NCBI GenBank assembly: GCA_973895155.1
Contig: OZ316897.1
Span: 16,181,375 to 16,245,374, forward strand
Direction of reading: 5' to 3'
Length of the DNA: 64,000 nt
From: Marsupella aquatica
Taxonomy: Eukaryota; Plantae; Marchantiophyta
Shown here: positions 1 through 13,800 of the stretch, in pieces
Position numbering within the stretch: position 1 is the first letter of the stretch
How the letters are laid out: each line of letters begins with the position of its first letter
Made by a program: the position numbers and the translations under genes
Notes under the pieces: model-generated
The model's database searches: none
Told to the model about the DNA's origin: nothing
Seen by the model: only the letters and a program-made list of their open reading frames with translations

Positions 1-3000
1 ATGTTTATTTTTTAGGGAAAAATATACCTGACAGATGATATTCTGCTTTTTCTCTCTTGTGGCTTTTGGACTTTTCTAAAAATATTACGTTTTTCTTATG
101 TGTATTAAGTTGATATAGAAGTGTCATTACTGTAGTGGTAACTTGGTGAAAAAACTCCCCAACTTTCACCGATGGCCATAAAAAGCTTTTCCAGCAAACA
201 AGTCTTTCCAATCTAGTTTTTCCAGTATTTGACTCATATCTAGCCAACACATATGTTGCTGCATGTTGCAACAGATGAAAAGGCTGTCGCCAGGGCAATT
301 TGCCTCATATCAAGCTGCTTAGGGTGTTGTGTCTGTAATTTAATTTCCTCTCCATTTTTTGAACAGTCCACACAATTTTAGACCACCATTCTGACACTGG
401 GCACCAATTTTTATAATTTATTTATTATCTACGCAAACCAGGGTAAGAGTACAATATATCTCTCAAAAGTGACACTCTTTCCATTCTTTTGTGATCCATT
501 GAATTTCAGTCACATATGCAAGTATGTAATTACTAACTTTGAAAGCTACTGTTCAGGGCCTCGATCTAGAGTGAAGCTCATAGACCATGGCTCTGGGGCA
601 TAATGGAAGTTGGGGTGTGAGTAGAAAATGTGGATTTTGGGTAAAGTGAGTTTCTGAAAGTGACACACCGGCCTCCATATGTACTCACCTCTACATAAGC
701 TTCAAGTGAGTCTCTGAAAATGATGCAGGAGCAGGTTCTTACAATGTCTTCATCTCTATTTAAGTTCAAAGAATGGGCATTCAGACTAGGTAGTTGAGAA
801 ATAGACACCATTACTCAAGGGAGAAATTAATCCGTGGACCCCCATGTTAGTTTAGAGGCTGTTATCAAGAAACTGAAGCCTAGATGGACCTCCAAATCTA
901 AAGAAGAAAAAAATTCAAAAATGGACAAGTCAATGTTTGAAACAGTTGCCAACTTGGCAACCATAATTAGCATCAATCGCAAAACTAACTGCAATGTGAA
1001 CTATTGTTTAATGTGTGGGTAGCTTAATTGCCTACTTCAGCAAAACGGTGCTTGACGGTTTCCTCCAAGTACCGAAGGGATACACTCAAGTTGCATCGAA
1101 AGTAATCACTTTTCAATTCCTACACTTAGATAGACAAAGAGAGGGAAGTCATCAAATCACTAACTTTGCATAATAGTTGAAGTCAGACAAAAAGTTTCAT
1201 GGAAACAAATCTCCAATTGTGGAATTTGGAATTGATCGAAAGCTAGAGAAATTTAGAAACTCATGACCACTTTAGTACTTGATAAAATCTCCCAATGTTA
1301 CACACTCATTGGAAAGCTAGGGAACATTGGAAACTTATAATCTCCTAAGAACTCAACTAAATCTATCAATGTTAAGTTCATTAAAATGCTAAAGAAATTC
1401 TAAAATTCAGAATCTCCTTAGTACTCGGATAAAATCTGTCAATTTTAGGTTCATTCTCATGGAAGGGGTCAACATTTCAAGGGTTGTACAACAAAGATTT
1501 TTATTCACGTTAGAGATTATGAAATCACGGGTAAAATCTAATTTTCAAATTACTTACTCAATTCTTACCAAATAACAATATTGCTGAGCTCATCATGACT
1601 GTCTCTTCAAGATCTTTCTAACGCCATACTATACCCGAGTTTTCATTATGATTTGACTCAGCAATGTCAAATCAAAAATTGCTACCGGGAAAATTTCATG
1701 TTTTGAATAATATCAAAATGTAAATAAAACCATTACTGGGAACAGTTTTACCTCAATCTTTTTGTCTTTTTATTTGCATGTCATTTTTTTACATTCTTTT
1801 TTACGACATGGCGTCCAAGGTTTTACAGCAAACTTGCCACAAACACGAATGTAGAAGTTAATTTTATCTAAAAACAAGTCTCTTCCTATTTGCAGCGTGC
1901 CATGATGATGTGGCGCATTGTGGAGCCAGGAATTTTGCAAAGGACCCCTAATGGGGGTCCGTAAATAATGTTCATTAGAGCAGCATTCCAAGCAGGTACA
2001 GGCAGGGAGTGCCCATCTACATGGATACCCCAGAAACGTTCGGCCATCTCCCAGGCAGAGACCATACTAGGGAGCAGGAGGTGTGCAAAGATGGGGGAAC
2101 AAGGAGTCTGATGAGCCCACTCGCACCTCACGCGGTACCCTTGTCCCTAGGAAGTGACAGGGAGCCCCGAAAACCCCTATACTGAGTACTACCTAGTGGC
2201 AGCCACTCCACCTGAAATCAAGCTGGAATTGATTTAGGTATGGCAGCAGCACTTGCAATTATTTCTGCAGCAATCACATTGTTGCAGTCCGAGAGGGATT
2301 CTGCGATCAAGCTGGGCATTCCAAGGAGCAATGGCAGGTAGAGTGGATGCCTAGCTATGGCATCAGCCAGATTGAGTAGCAGCAATCCAGGTGGCAGCTT
2401 GATCAAGTGCTTGAGCTATAAACTCGGGCAACACCCGCCTTTTGTCTACTTTGACTCATGGCTGGGCTTGTGGAAGAGTCAGCCTCCGAGTTCGGGCCCG
2501 GGTGAGAACATTCAGGTGCATGGGGTAGGGAAACCAGAGGGCAGCAGAGGTAAGGGTTTCAGTCAGTGCACATCAAAATATGACATATGTGGCGTACAAC
2601 ATCCTTCCATACCATGATAAACCTCATTGTTTTTTTTAAATCACCATATAATATCTCATTTTGATGTGCGATTATTGGCAGGGCAGAGATAAGTGCAGGG
2701 AGCAGCCAGCAGTCGCTCCATGCGATTGTGGCCCAGCCAGCTCAACTACCTCCCCCATTGCTGGAGATGAGGGGTCGTCACTCCTAACCCCTACTTGCAT
2801 GGAACCCTATTCTTGCAGGTGATTTTTGCTAGGCAGGGATGAGGCAGTAATAAATTTACGAAACTGTACATTCCCTTATTCTGTCTTTTTGGTATAGATT
2901 GGGGGTTCAACCCCCAGCGACTCTTTCTTTCGTTCTGTCTGGGTTGTTTTAATTATCCTGGGAAGCAAGTCTTTGCAAAAAGGGTGGCGCAACAACTAAA

Positions 3001-3572
3001 CCGTTAAACTGTAAGCTCTGTGGAAAGTAGGAAAACACAAACAGAAAAATTGTCGACGAATCAAGTTCGTTGGCTGGTTCCTTCCCATTGGGTGGGCGAT
3101 TGACCAGGACCATGCCACTAAGTTAATCAACCACAGTACAGTGACCCCAACTGTATGGCTGGCTTCTATCCAGAGGACAAAAGACTACACCTACCACTGT
3201 TGTACACGGGTTCCTCGGGTGAGGGGAAATAACACTTTCTTGTTACATCCTTAGGGCACTATTCAATTAGACCAAGAGTTCAGGTATAAAGTACTCTGAG
3301 TAATCCCTAATGCTCATTTCATTCCAGATCAGATCAGAAATAAAATAATAGTGTACGCTAGAGAACATGCATATGTTTGTGAATTATTTATTATCTCATG
3401 TCATCGCATAGAAGGTGATCTAGAGATACTTACTGGATGGACCCAAACCAAACTTGTTTCCCCACCCAACCCAATGAGGTTGTGGGTACATTAAACGGCC
3501 AATAGCATCCATAATACTTCAATACAATAGTGTACACAAAACAACATTAATCTTTTTGTGAATTTTCTATCA

Positions 3573-4442
3573 TCTACAATTATAATAAGTGATCCTGTCT
3601 TTTTTTGTCCTTCGTCACCATACAAAAAAGCTTCTGGGCGGGAAAGATCCACAGCCGTTGGATTTGATTAGCTGTTTTTGCTCACCATTGATGAGAGAAA
3701 TGTACACCCCTATCACGTATTTGCTTCACGCTGCCCCATAATGCCCCCGGCCAATCCCTATGGGCTCGTGAACTATAATACAATGCTCAGTGTTGTCGTG
3801 GTTGTCTTTTGAATTTGTCGGGCCCAAAAAGTGAAGAATCTGACCAAACAGAAGGAATAGCCAACAAATAATTACATTTTGTATAAAGGAAAGAGTGAAA
3901 CACTTTCCCAACAAGAAATACAGGGGACTCCCAATGCACTAGGATCTAAGTACTTTCTCTACCATCTATGCATAGTACCATTCATGCATGGGAAGCCATT
4001 CATGCATAGAAAATACTCCTCCCTCTACCATCTATGAAATGACATTCATGTCAAGTACCCCCATGATAGTCTATGTCATAAGAGGAGTTTAATGGATTAC
4101 AAATATTACATAATTAGTAATATGATACTGCATAATATAATGGAAAAAGTTCAAACCAAAAGTAGTGAAAGAGAGGGAATTAAGGAATAAAATAAGGAAT
4201 TAAGCATCACATAATGACATCTTTGGCATGACAACATCTTTTTATTTGATGTTGTCTGTTTACTTCATGTCATCTTTGGCAACACAACTTCTTTTTTTGG
4301 AACGACATCTTTGATGACACGACTTTTTTTTCTTAACGACATCTTTTTACTTCACGACGACTTTTACATAACGACGTCTTTGGCGACAAAACTTCTTTTT
4401 TTGTAATGACAGCTTTTGCGCAAAGCACAGGTATTAACCTAG
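3573..4442 (+). mobile_element. Non-autonomous Helitron (~870 bp), apparently complete
   Basis: Starts A|TCTACAATTATAATAAG (5' TC after A). Ends with an imperfect hairpin TGCGC-AAA-GCACA (4417-4429) about 10 nt before CTAG|T (4439-4442). Inserted between A and T with no TSD. Internal degenerate ACGACATCTTT repeats at 4215-4410. Confidence 0.75.
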
Positions 4443-4710
4443 TTATCTATGCCATCTTATTAGTCCATCATAGGGGCAATCTTTGTTCAAAATGTAGACC
4501 TTAGTAATCTCAAAAGTGTCTAGGTAAAGCAAAAAGACATCTAAAAATAAAAGTATTATTTTGGAAATCTTCAAAAACTATTTTAGAATACCAGGGCCCT
4601 ATAATGGGACCTGAATGGGAGAGCATGTGGACTACCTAGGAAAATTAACAGTGGCAGGTTAGGGGCAGGGCACTTTAATTGCAACAAGTGTGGTTTAACC
4701 TAGGAGAATA

Positions 4711-5040
4711 TGAGTCGCTTAGGCAATCCCCCCGGTTTGGACTTGCCCGGAAAATGGTGCGTTTAGAGCCTATCAACCCACAAGTCGTCACCCGGACCAT
4801 CCCGGCCACCCGATGTCGACTGCCTGGCCCGTCCCGGCCCTTCCCTGAAGCTTCCTGGAAAGACCCCCCAGCCCGACTTCCCCCAGCAAAACCCCCCGGC
4901 CCGTCCCCCCGGCAAAACCCCACCGTCCCGGTCCCTGGTCCCCGGTTGCCCCACCCCGAGTACCCAGAGCTCCCGGCCCCATCCCCTGGTCTCCCCTTCC
5001 CCTGGTCTCCCCTTCCCCTTCTCCGGCCTGGCCCCACCAA
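4711..5040 (+). mobile_element. C-rich repeat fragment, probably the left end of a TIR element related to the one at 40.8-41.1 kb
   Basis: AGTCGC-N18-TTGGACTTGCCCGGAAAAT matches, with the same spacing, the reverse complement of the right end at 41075-41117 (AGTCGC-N18-TTGGACTTGTCGGACAAAT). The interior is made of CCCGG/C-run units. Confidence 0.45.
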
Positions 5041-5877
5041 GTCAATCAGTCAGTCAGCATCTTTGTTTTGTAAATTCGTTTGAATTTTGATGTTGCTATA
5101 TCATGGCAAATCCAGCTTTATGTATTTTGTCTTATTCAGACTTTTTGTCTCATTCAGACTTTTGCTGTGTATCTTTATTTCAATGGCAATCTCTTGTATA
5201 GTTTAGATTTTGAATTAATACTGAAATATTGAAATCTTTGCTATCCCAAACATCTTATTTCTTGGTAATTCTAGACTCCAATATTTTGGATAGAGCCCTC
5301 TAAGTCTCTAACAATCTCATGGAATTCCCGTCACTGCTTCTTATGAGTGAGAAAGAAATGATTCTAAACAAAGTGCACACCTTATGCGTTTAAGTTCTCC
5401 TCATTGTTTTGTTTCCTAAATTTATGACTTTAATTAGTTTGAACTTGATTAGCTAAGATAAATACATAAATAGGTTTTGTTTCCTAAATTCATGGCTTTA
5501 ATTGATTTGAATGTCATTAACTAAGGTAAGTACATAAATATTGGGTCTCTATAACTGTATATCAAATTATGACATATATATTGTGCGGCATCACGATAGA
5601 CCATGATAAATTGTTTTATTTTCTTTAAATCAATGAGTGCACATTTATATTACCCAATTTTGAGATGTGATTAGTGACCCTGAATAAATATGTGTAGTCT
5701 TGTACATTATGTGCACAACTCAATACCATAGACTTCAACTTTTCCTGGTTATTATTACTTTTCTTTACATGACTACATGTGTTGTCTTTCTACTCTTGTA
5801 CATTATGTACATAATTTTTCAATATCATGTACTTGTACTTTTCCTAGTCATTATGTGCCTTATATTTGATCTCACTC

Positions 5878-6080
5878 AATCTTAACAAATATACACAAGC
5901 AACAAAAAATATAGATCACCTACATATCACTTAAAGACAAAAAAAAATGAAGCAGGATGAACATGCTATATATCAGTTTAATCTTAACAAAAAAATGCAC
6001 TAGCAACAAAAAAATATAGATCACCTACATATCACTTAAAGACAAAAAAAGAAGCATGATGAACATGCTATATCAGTTTG
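5878..6080. repeat. Tandem duplication of ~100 bp
   Basis: AATCTTAACAAA...ATATAGATCACCTACATATCACTTAAAGACAAAAA...GATGAACATGCTA...TATCAGTTT occurs twice in succession. Confidence 0.85.
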
Positions 6081-6252
6081 TCAATATCTTTGTTTTGAAG
6101 ACTCATCGGGAGACTCATACAATCAGTTGCGCAAAAGCCCGTGGTGATAATAGTCTCCACAAATAGCATAAAGTTGAGTGAGTTAATACCTTTCTGATCA
6201 ACATAAGGCTTACATTTTCAGCTCCTTCTCAAGTTCATTGGGGAGAAATATA

Positions 6253-7216
6253 GAGGTATATGCTTGATGGACTCCTGCCAAGAGAAATTTAAGTGATAGA
6301 CCCTTATGAAACTTTTGTTACAAATTGGGCCCCCTCTAACACTTTTGTGTTATATGTTCTTGTAAAGTTCCTAATAAGGAGTTTTAGTTTGATATTATCA
6401 CCAATAAGATCTATCATAAAATTTAGAGTCAAACCATACTGAATGACAACTGCACCGTCGGGGGGACGTTAGAGTAATGGCGGACGTTGCGCAAACTGCA
6501 AGTTCATGAGTGAAGAAACTATGGTTCATGTCTTCAGATTTGAATTTCTGCCATACCGTCCATCTTTAGGTTGTTTCAGTCCCTTGTTAGGTTGCTTCAT
6601 GCAACCTATGCCCAGGGTTTGCATGATATTCTGATGTGTCTTTTTGTTCTTTTGTCTAAGTATGGAATGAATCTTCTACTTTTGGCCATTAGGCCCTACT
6701 GCAAAGTTAAAAAATTGTCCAAGTGTGGAACAAGGACAACATGGATGTTGTCTTCTCACATCTAGACCCCAAATTTGTCTAAGTACGGAAGGAACCAAGA
6801 TGCTTTACTCTTGGCTGTTTACCCTTGTTGCAACCTGGCTTCAAAAATTGTTCATGAGAAACATAGACACCGTGGAGTCAATCATAATGGGAAAATTTTG
6901 TTAACCTTCAAGAACTAGACTAAAGGTTGTACAAACCCGGAACAGTGTATCCCCTAAAACTCTATAGTTATCATGTGAAGGCATAATATGTGTACACGTG
7001 GTGGACTATGACCCGATGTGCAATGGATGGTAGTGGGAAATGTACGTTTAACCATGCAGCTAGGCATGACATAAGAACCAGGCGTACAGAATCTATGTAG
7101 GGGGGCCAGTTTGTAATAACATTTTTGTGGGGGGCCTAATTTGTAACAAAAGTTTAGTAGGTGCCTATCACATAAATGTATTTTGACAAGGGTCCCAGCA
7201 AGCATAATTATACCTC
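6253..7216. mobile_element. Non-autonomous Mutator-like element (MULE) with ~90 bp TIRs
   Basis: Left GAGGTATA..TGCTTGATGGACTCC..GTGATAG..AAACTTTTGTTACAAATTGGGCCCCC matches the reverse complement of 7131-7216. Flanked by GAGAAATATA (6243-6252) and AAGAAATACA (7217-7226), a degenerate 9-10 bp TSD typical of Mutator. Confidence 0.75.
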
Positions 7217-8149
7217 AAGAAATACAAGGTGAAAGAGACATATGACCTTCAGTCATCAGGTAAAATATATTTCATGGCCTAAGATAAAGGAGTATACCAT
7301 AATTCATTTCATTTACCAAATGAAGTACTCAACCTGCCTTGCACATGACTCTATTGCAAAAAGCTCTTTAGAGAGCTCTAATTGTTGTAAATGTGAATGT
7401 TCTCTACTGCCTACTATGTACTGGAAAAAAAATCTGGATAAACACAAAGTTCCACAAGGGACTCTGAGGTACTCACATGACCCAAATAGACACAAACCAA
7501 ACATTAAATATTTTCCCATAATATCATTTCTACCGTTTTAAGAATACTTTGCTCCTGCCATCTGATAGACTATGGTTTGAGTGGGTCCATCCCAGTCCCT
7601 ACAGTAGAATGAACCTCTGTGCGGATGGGGGCTTTCCTTTCTATATTGTTAGGAAAGGGTTCTCTGAAAAAGGGAAAGCCACTATTGTAACGGGCAGTAT
7701 TCAGGGAAACAACTTTTAAGTATATTGTCACTAAGTTGTTTGAATATACAGTATTGTCACTAATTTTTTGTTATTTACAAAAATGTTATGGTTTCCTTAT
7801 ATGGTTCTTTAGGTTACCTTGGTAAACTTGTCATCTTTATATGACACCATGGCCTTTTTTATATATACAAAAAAACAACACAATATTATTAATTAGGATA
7901 TCTTTAGTGGCAAACTAATTAAAAGTTGTTGAGATAAAACCTCAAATTTGTAATCGTGAATGGATGGGTGCACAGTTTTCTGCTCTACTTTCCGAGCTGT
8001 AAACCATGGTTGAAACAGAAAGGAAACCTCAACGAGATGGCATGGCTCACACGACACCCAAAGTGGGTTGGTCAGGTGAAGCGGCAAAACCAAGTTTGCT
8101 AGTGCTGAACCAGAGTTTGTTTTATTTATCCCGATAAACTACTAATATT

Positions 8150-8510
8150 ACGCGACAAAAGTCTCGTTAGTGAGGTTAGGCGACCATAAAAGTAGCATGG
8201 TCAAAAAACAAAACAACATTGAGAACTAGTCGCCTTAAATACTACTACAGGACCTGTTGATAGTACTGCCCAAAAGTGTCGTTAGTGGTGTTTCAAGACC
8301 ATAAAGTAAAGGTGCCAAAACACAAAATAAAATGCAAAACCTGTCATTAAAATATTACTACTGTTTATTGGTAGTCTCGTTAGTCGCCGTAAAAGTGAAA
8401 TGGCCAAGAAAACAAAAAAATAAACTGTAAAACCAGACACTTAAAATATTAATAGTGCCTCTTGATAGTCTGGTCAGTAATGCGTGTAGACCATAAAAGT
8501 GACATAGTCA
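8150..8510. repeat. Degenerate tandem array, ~4 units of ~95-117 bp
   Basis: Recurrent GTCTCGTTAGT and GACCATAAAAGT motifs at about 8161, 8278, 8374 and 8468. Confidence 0.65.
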
Positions 8511-10526
8511 AAGGATTCTCCTGGGCTATGGCCGAAACGTTTGTGGGCCGGATATTTCCTTCACGCAGTTACATGCAACCCTAATGGGTAGGGCCGGCAG
8601 CCAGACTAGTAGGATCGAAGAATCCGCATATAGGGGTGGCCACTTTTGGACAGGCTCGACGTTAGTCGTCTAGTAATAGGGTGAGTAGATCAACGGCCTC
8701 ACTGCCCCCAGCTTTGGGATACGCTTCAGCTGACCGTCGACCATACCGGATCTAGTCTGGTACTTTTGAAGATGGGTCCTGCAGTAGTACTCTGTAGTAG
8801 GTTAGACACTTGGATCCGGCGGCCCCCCACACCCCCCCTCCCAAAATAATTGGATTGACTATAGGTTAACTGATTTTTGGTATTTCACCAACCGAGTTTT
8901 CCTTTGGGCAGAGACAGATTCCTCCTCGTGATTCTCTAGTGTGGATTATTCAGAAGCTTAACTATGATTTTGAGTTTATTCCTGAGTAGGGCTCAGTTCC
9001 TTAGCTGTTGCGGGGGACTCTCTGCCTTTTCTGCTCTTTGGTTTTCCTAGGTTCTCCCCCCCCTCCCCCCCGGCCCCCACCCCCTTTATTCGGCCTCTTG
9101 CCTTTGGGATCTTCTCCGAGCTGGAGTTTATTTGTTCATTGGCAATGTAATATATATATCATTTAGACTTCTTCCTTTGTTTGGTTGTTTTTGTAGAAAA
9201 AGGGGAACAAAAGACCAAGTCCATTGAGAAGAGGCAAGAGCCAATGGAGGAAATAGCTGTTTAAGGTAGTGGCTTTACAGGTCCAGTAGAAAACGCCAAG
9301 AGCATTTGGTCGCAAAGATTGAGCCAAACTACACAAGGACTAAATGGTTATACTTGCACCCATTGACCACACTTTCATATAAAGTCTGCAAGGTGGTGGT
9401 GTAGTTCCCCAATACTACAGCAGATTACTTTGTAAATGCACCATCTGTAAGTGCATGTTTCAAGTCACTAAATGACAAATATATGAGGGCATTTTCATCT
9501 GTAAGAAGGCAGATGCTTTAGTCAATTACTGCAATACATATGTTAGAAGCATTTATTGATAAGTGCAATAGACCACTACACATTGTAGTTTTATGCACTT
9601 ATCCAGTTGAATCGTGCACTATGAGGATTCTGGGTATGAGAAGTAGATGTGTATGAACTGACAAGACATTTGTGGAAGTGCATGTAACTGATTTCATATG
9701 CACTTAGGAAAGTGTGACATGCACATATGGAGAAGTGCAACATGCACACTTATATATGATGAAGTGCATAACGTGAATAACTGTGGGCTTGGGGTGTCCC
9801 CCCGGGAGCATGCACTTAGACACTTAGGCTATACCATCCGCTGTGTCTATCTTCTTATAAGAAAAATGATCTACCATAGCTACCCTACCCTTGGATATAG
9901 CAATGAGGTCCCATCACAGACTGGACGTCACGTTATTCTATCAATAAGTATTAGAGCAGGGTATTGTCTACTGGGATCTTGCAACACCTCAGGGGTGAAA
10001 CGGGATAGAGGCACTTTTTGCACTTGTTCACTATTTGAAACCGTTAGTGGGAGCTCGGGTTCCCACCATGGTTTTGAGGGTAGGGTAAATTCTTTTCATG
10101 GCACAAAAGCTATAAGTTTCATTTTGCTTTGTACACTGGGACCTGTCTGTTCCCAACCAGAATTTCCTACCACTAGGATACAAGTCAAGTTACAAACCTA
10201 TGGATATAAACCGATAGAAGGTTTTCGTAATTGGACTCCACCCTCTGCCCTCACAAAACTTTGTGGTAGCTTTTGGGTTCCAGTGGGGACTTGAGTTCCT
10301 GTTAATTCATATGATGTTTGCGTTTTAGTGCTAATAAGTACCATTCATAAGTCTGGAGCTTTGAAAGTGTAAGGTAGTCAGTGCTGCACTTATCATGTAG
10401 CTTAGAATGTCCACTTAAGGGTGTGGCTTCACAAGATGTTGGGGGCCCATGCTTCTTTTTTCCATCTCAGATTAAACATGGACCACATTATGAGTGGAAT
10501 GGTTGCAGTTGGCTTCACAAGAACTA

Positions 10527-10801
10527 CACTGTTCATCATAACTAGCGTTATGAAAGAAATAGCATTACTACCAAATTAGTGTTACTAGCCCTAAAATATT
10601 GGTGAAAGTGATGTTGAATCCAAATTAACACTAATTCTTGTAGATTTTCAAATTGTTAGGGTTCCACTATTTTTACACCTAGAGTCCAAAGTAACACTAT
10701 TCCATGTTCGCAGAATTAGTGTTATAGCTGAATAGTGTGAGTAACACTAATTTACATGTGGCTCGAATTAGTTTGAGTAACACTAAGTACGGTGAACAGT
10801 G
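10527..10801. mobile_element. Miniature CACTA/CMC-type (CACTG) element with subterminal repeats
   Basis: CACTGTTCATCATAACTAGCGTTA at left versus the reverse complement of the right end CACTGTTCACCGTACTTAGTGTTA. Multiple TAACACTAATT/AATTAGTGTTA repeats in both orientations inside. TSD not intact (TA vs GA). Confidence 0.6.
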
Positions 10802-13800
10802 GAGGGGGGCCATTCAGGTACGATGTCTACCAACCCTACATGATTAGCAATGGTGGGAAGTAACAGCTGATGCGGAGTGCTTATTTTGTCTACAGTAGAA
10901 TTCTAGATCACCTCACAAGTGATCCACACATTTTTCCAAATTTGGCTCCTTTGTTCAAGGGATTTTTGTTTATTGAATTTCATTTCAAAGATTTTAGTAT
11001 GGAGTCTCTCTTCAGAACAGAATAACACTCCAGGTTGCTTTGGTGTAAAAAACTCACAAGTGTGAAGTGTCCCCACTCTTTGTAAAGCCAGCTTATAAAA
11101 ATAGGGCCTCTCTTTCTCCATTGACTATTTGGAATGAGAACCAATGAACGGGCACCACATTCAAAATGGGGGTTCATGCTCTCCCTCCCTTCCTTTTTCC
11201 TTTCTCTCTGCCAAAATATATTTGGATTTTGGAGGTCTCTTAAATGTTATGGAGGATGAGGATGGGCGATTCGGTTTACCACTTTACCTCCAACGAAATG
11301 CCACGTACTGTGTAGAAGTGTGTACCTTGGTAGACGAGATCAGTAGTACCTCGGGTGTCACCCTGTGTGCTTGCCATGCTACTTTGCCAGGGTTGTGGCA
11401 GACAGAATGATTTCCGTGGCTGGCTAGAGTGGTATAAATGAGATGCATTGCACATTGCCATTTCCCCCATGTACCTCGGTTTTCTCCCAGTCGGCATTGA
11501 AATGTGTACCGTCTTGAGTGAGTAATGAGAAGTGATTTTCAAGGATATTTTGGCTAGCTAAAATAGTCCTTAAGTAATCTGGGATCTTAAGTAATTAAGA
11601 TTTCCTTAATTTACCAATAACCGTTAAATTTTGCCTAATAGGGTCAAAGAAAACGGTTAAAATTTGGCTGTGACTACATACTGTAGCTAATGGAAGCTAA
11701 TAGCTTGTGTACATAATTTCCCAACGATGGCTAACACTTTTCAATGAAGTGGAATCTATTGAATTTTTGTCACTAAAAATATGCTAGGTGGATAGATGGC
11801 TAATCCAAGACAAAAAAGCTGGGTAGTACCCTTTTCACAGAGGTGGAAATTCGGTAGTTTTGCCAATAAGAAGATGCTGGGGAACAGTCTTGAGTGAGTG
11901 AGTTATTGTTGCGATGGATAGTCTGGTTGCAGGCAGATTAGTAAGAGTCTTAGGAGAGATTGAGCGAAGATGAAGTCCCACTGGTTTTGGTCAAAGGAAT
12001 TGACAGTCATGAAGGTTTGACTACGGTAGCAAGGGGAGGGCTACAATTCTTTAATAGAATATTATCTTTCGAGGCGAAAGGAGCACTGGAGCAAGTTATT
12101 TTATGCACTGTGCAACGCATGCCTACTGTAGAATGATGTCTACTACATTTCCTTCAATGGACCTTGACTAAGTGGCATGTGTGAATTCAATATGAGGGGA
12201 GATGTAATAATAGTTGTATCGTGGGGACAGTGGAATTCCCACTTAGGATTAATAATTATCAAAGTTTTAGAAGAAAATATCCAGCTATCTACTTAGGGTT
12301 AGCCCAAAATTCTATCACTTGCTTGGTGAGTCCCCTGAACCCATTTAGAACTTGGTGAGGCCCCAATTTGAGGCCAATTTACACATGTTCTTGGTAATGA
12401 GAAGTGATATTCTTATAACATGCGACAGAGAAGGTGAGGAGAGGTAGTGGTTGGCTTGCAGTGTGAACCTTGCATCCCAACACTATCCAATTTAGTGTCT
12501 GCGGATTTATGGCTTACAATGGCAGCAACATTCATGCTCCAGGAAAATGCAGTTGAACAGAGAAGTACTTGGCAAGGGAGCAAAAATCAGCGTTTTTTCC
12601 AAGCATGTCCGCATTATTGGTTTTTCCCACTTCCACTCCACATCACATTGACATAAACCTCCCAGCAGCTGGTATATTCTATGAAATCCAGTTTCCAGAC
12701 TCACCTGTTCCTGTAGTGTTTGACTCCTTGGCTATCAGGTATGGCCATATCAAGTATGCTCAACAACACTTCCGTTTAACATGATTAGGTATTAAATTTT
12801 TTTTTGCAGCACAGCACATTGGGCTAGTGCTTCATATCGGCTAGCTGGTGCATCATAGTTCACTGACAGTAATTTCAATCTGCTAGTTTGCTCCTATTGT
12901 ACTCCTCATGATTTTCATGCTGTTTCCTTATTGGCCATACAAGAATTTTCCAAACCCCCAAAACAAGCATTAACTTCTCCATACTACAGAGGTTCATCAA
13001 TGGTGTTTGACCTGAATGCTCTCGTACGTCGTTGGGGTTCGCAAAATGTTCCCCAAAAGCTGGCCCCAAAGTTGGTCCAACATAGGCCATGGGCCCAAAA
13101 AGACCAACGAGCCTGACTGGTCTGAAGGAGATGACACCTTTTGCCCAGTGAAATCCAATCTAAAGCCCAGTTCAAACCTTGACAACTGCTTCGCAGTTCG
13201 TACTTCCTATTTCATAGACAAACACCCAAAAGTGTCAAGATTCTCCTGTACATATCTTACCCACTGATCATCTTAACTGCACGCTCTCTTTTTCATCCTT
13301 TGGACCTGGACGCTCATCAATTCGCAGTTCCTTCACTCATTTCACACAGTATACCTTGGCACCTTGCCATTGCTTGTGGACTGATGAGAATCATTTACGC
13401 TAAGAGGTGTCTTGCATGAAACGGGATCTTCAATGTTTGGCCTAAAACCTATGGTCTGGCAGTGTATTAGTGCAAGAAAAGTTTGTGCCCAAAAAAACTC
13501 AATAGCCAGCTCCGATTGCTTGTTGAGCGGAAGTCCTAGGGCAAAGTCTGCAACCGTTCTGGCCCTTGATACCTTGAATAGAATAAAATACATACAGCAG
13601 CAGCCACGGTAGTCTATGTCTGCAGTCAAACGTACAGCATAAGCCTCAGACAATGGAGATTCAAGTGGTGCAAATATGAGGGTCGCCTACATGCAAGACT
13701 GTTTTTAAAGTGGAGTTTTAAAACAGTTAGTGTGATCTACCGGGTTTGCACTTTTGTGTTTTGAGGTTTGCTTTCATTACATCGTTCAATTATCCTAAAA

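Noticed and set aside
4679-5083. Pro-rich (extensin-like) ORF and Gly-rich antisense ORFs
   Set aside because: Artefact of C-runs in a repeat. TTG start, no signal peptide, open in several frames.
8520-8545. GGCCGAAAC suggesting a hammerhead ribozyme or Penelope end
   Set aside because: No upstream CTGANGA core with compatible stems.
9698-10294. 198-aa ORF
   Set aside because: No recognisable motif. It begins in TGCAC/AAGTGCA repeats related to those at ~42140-42210.
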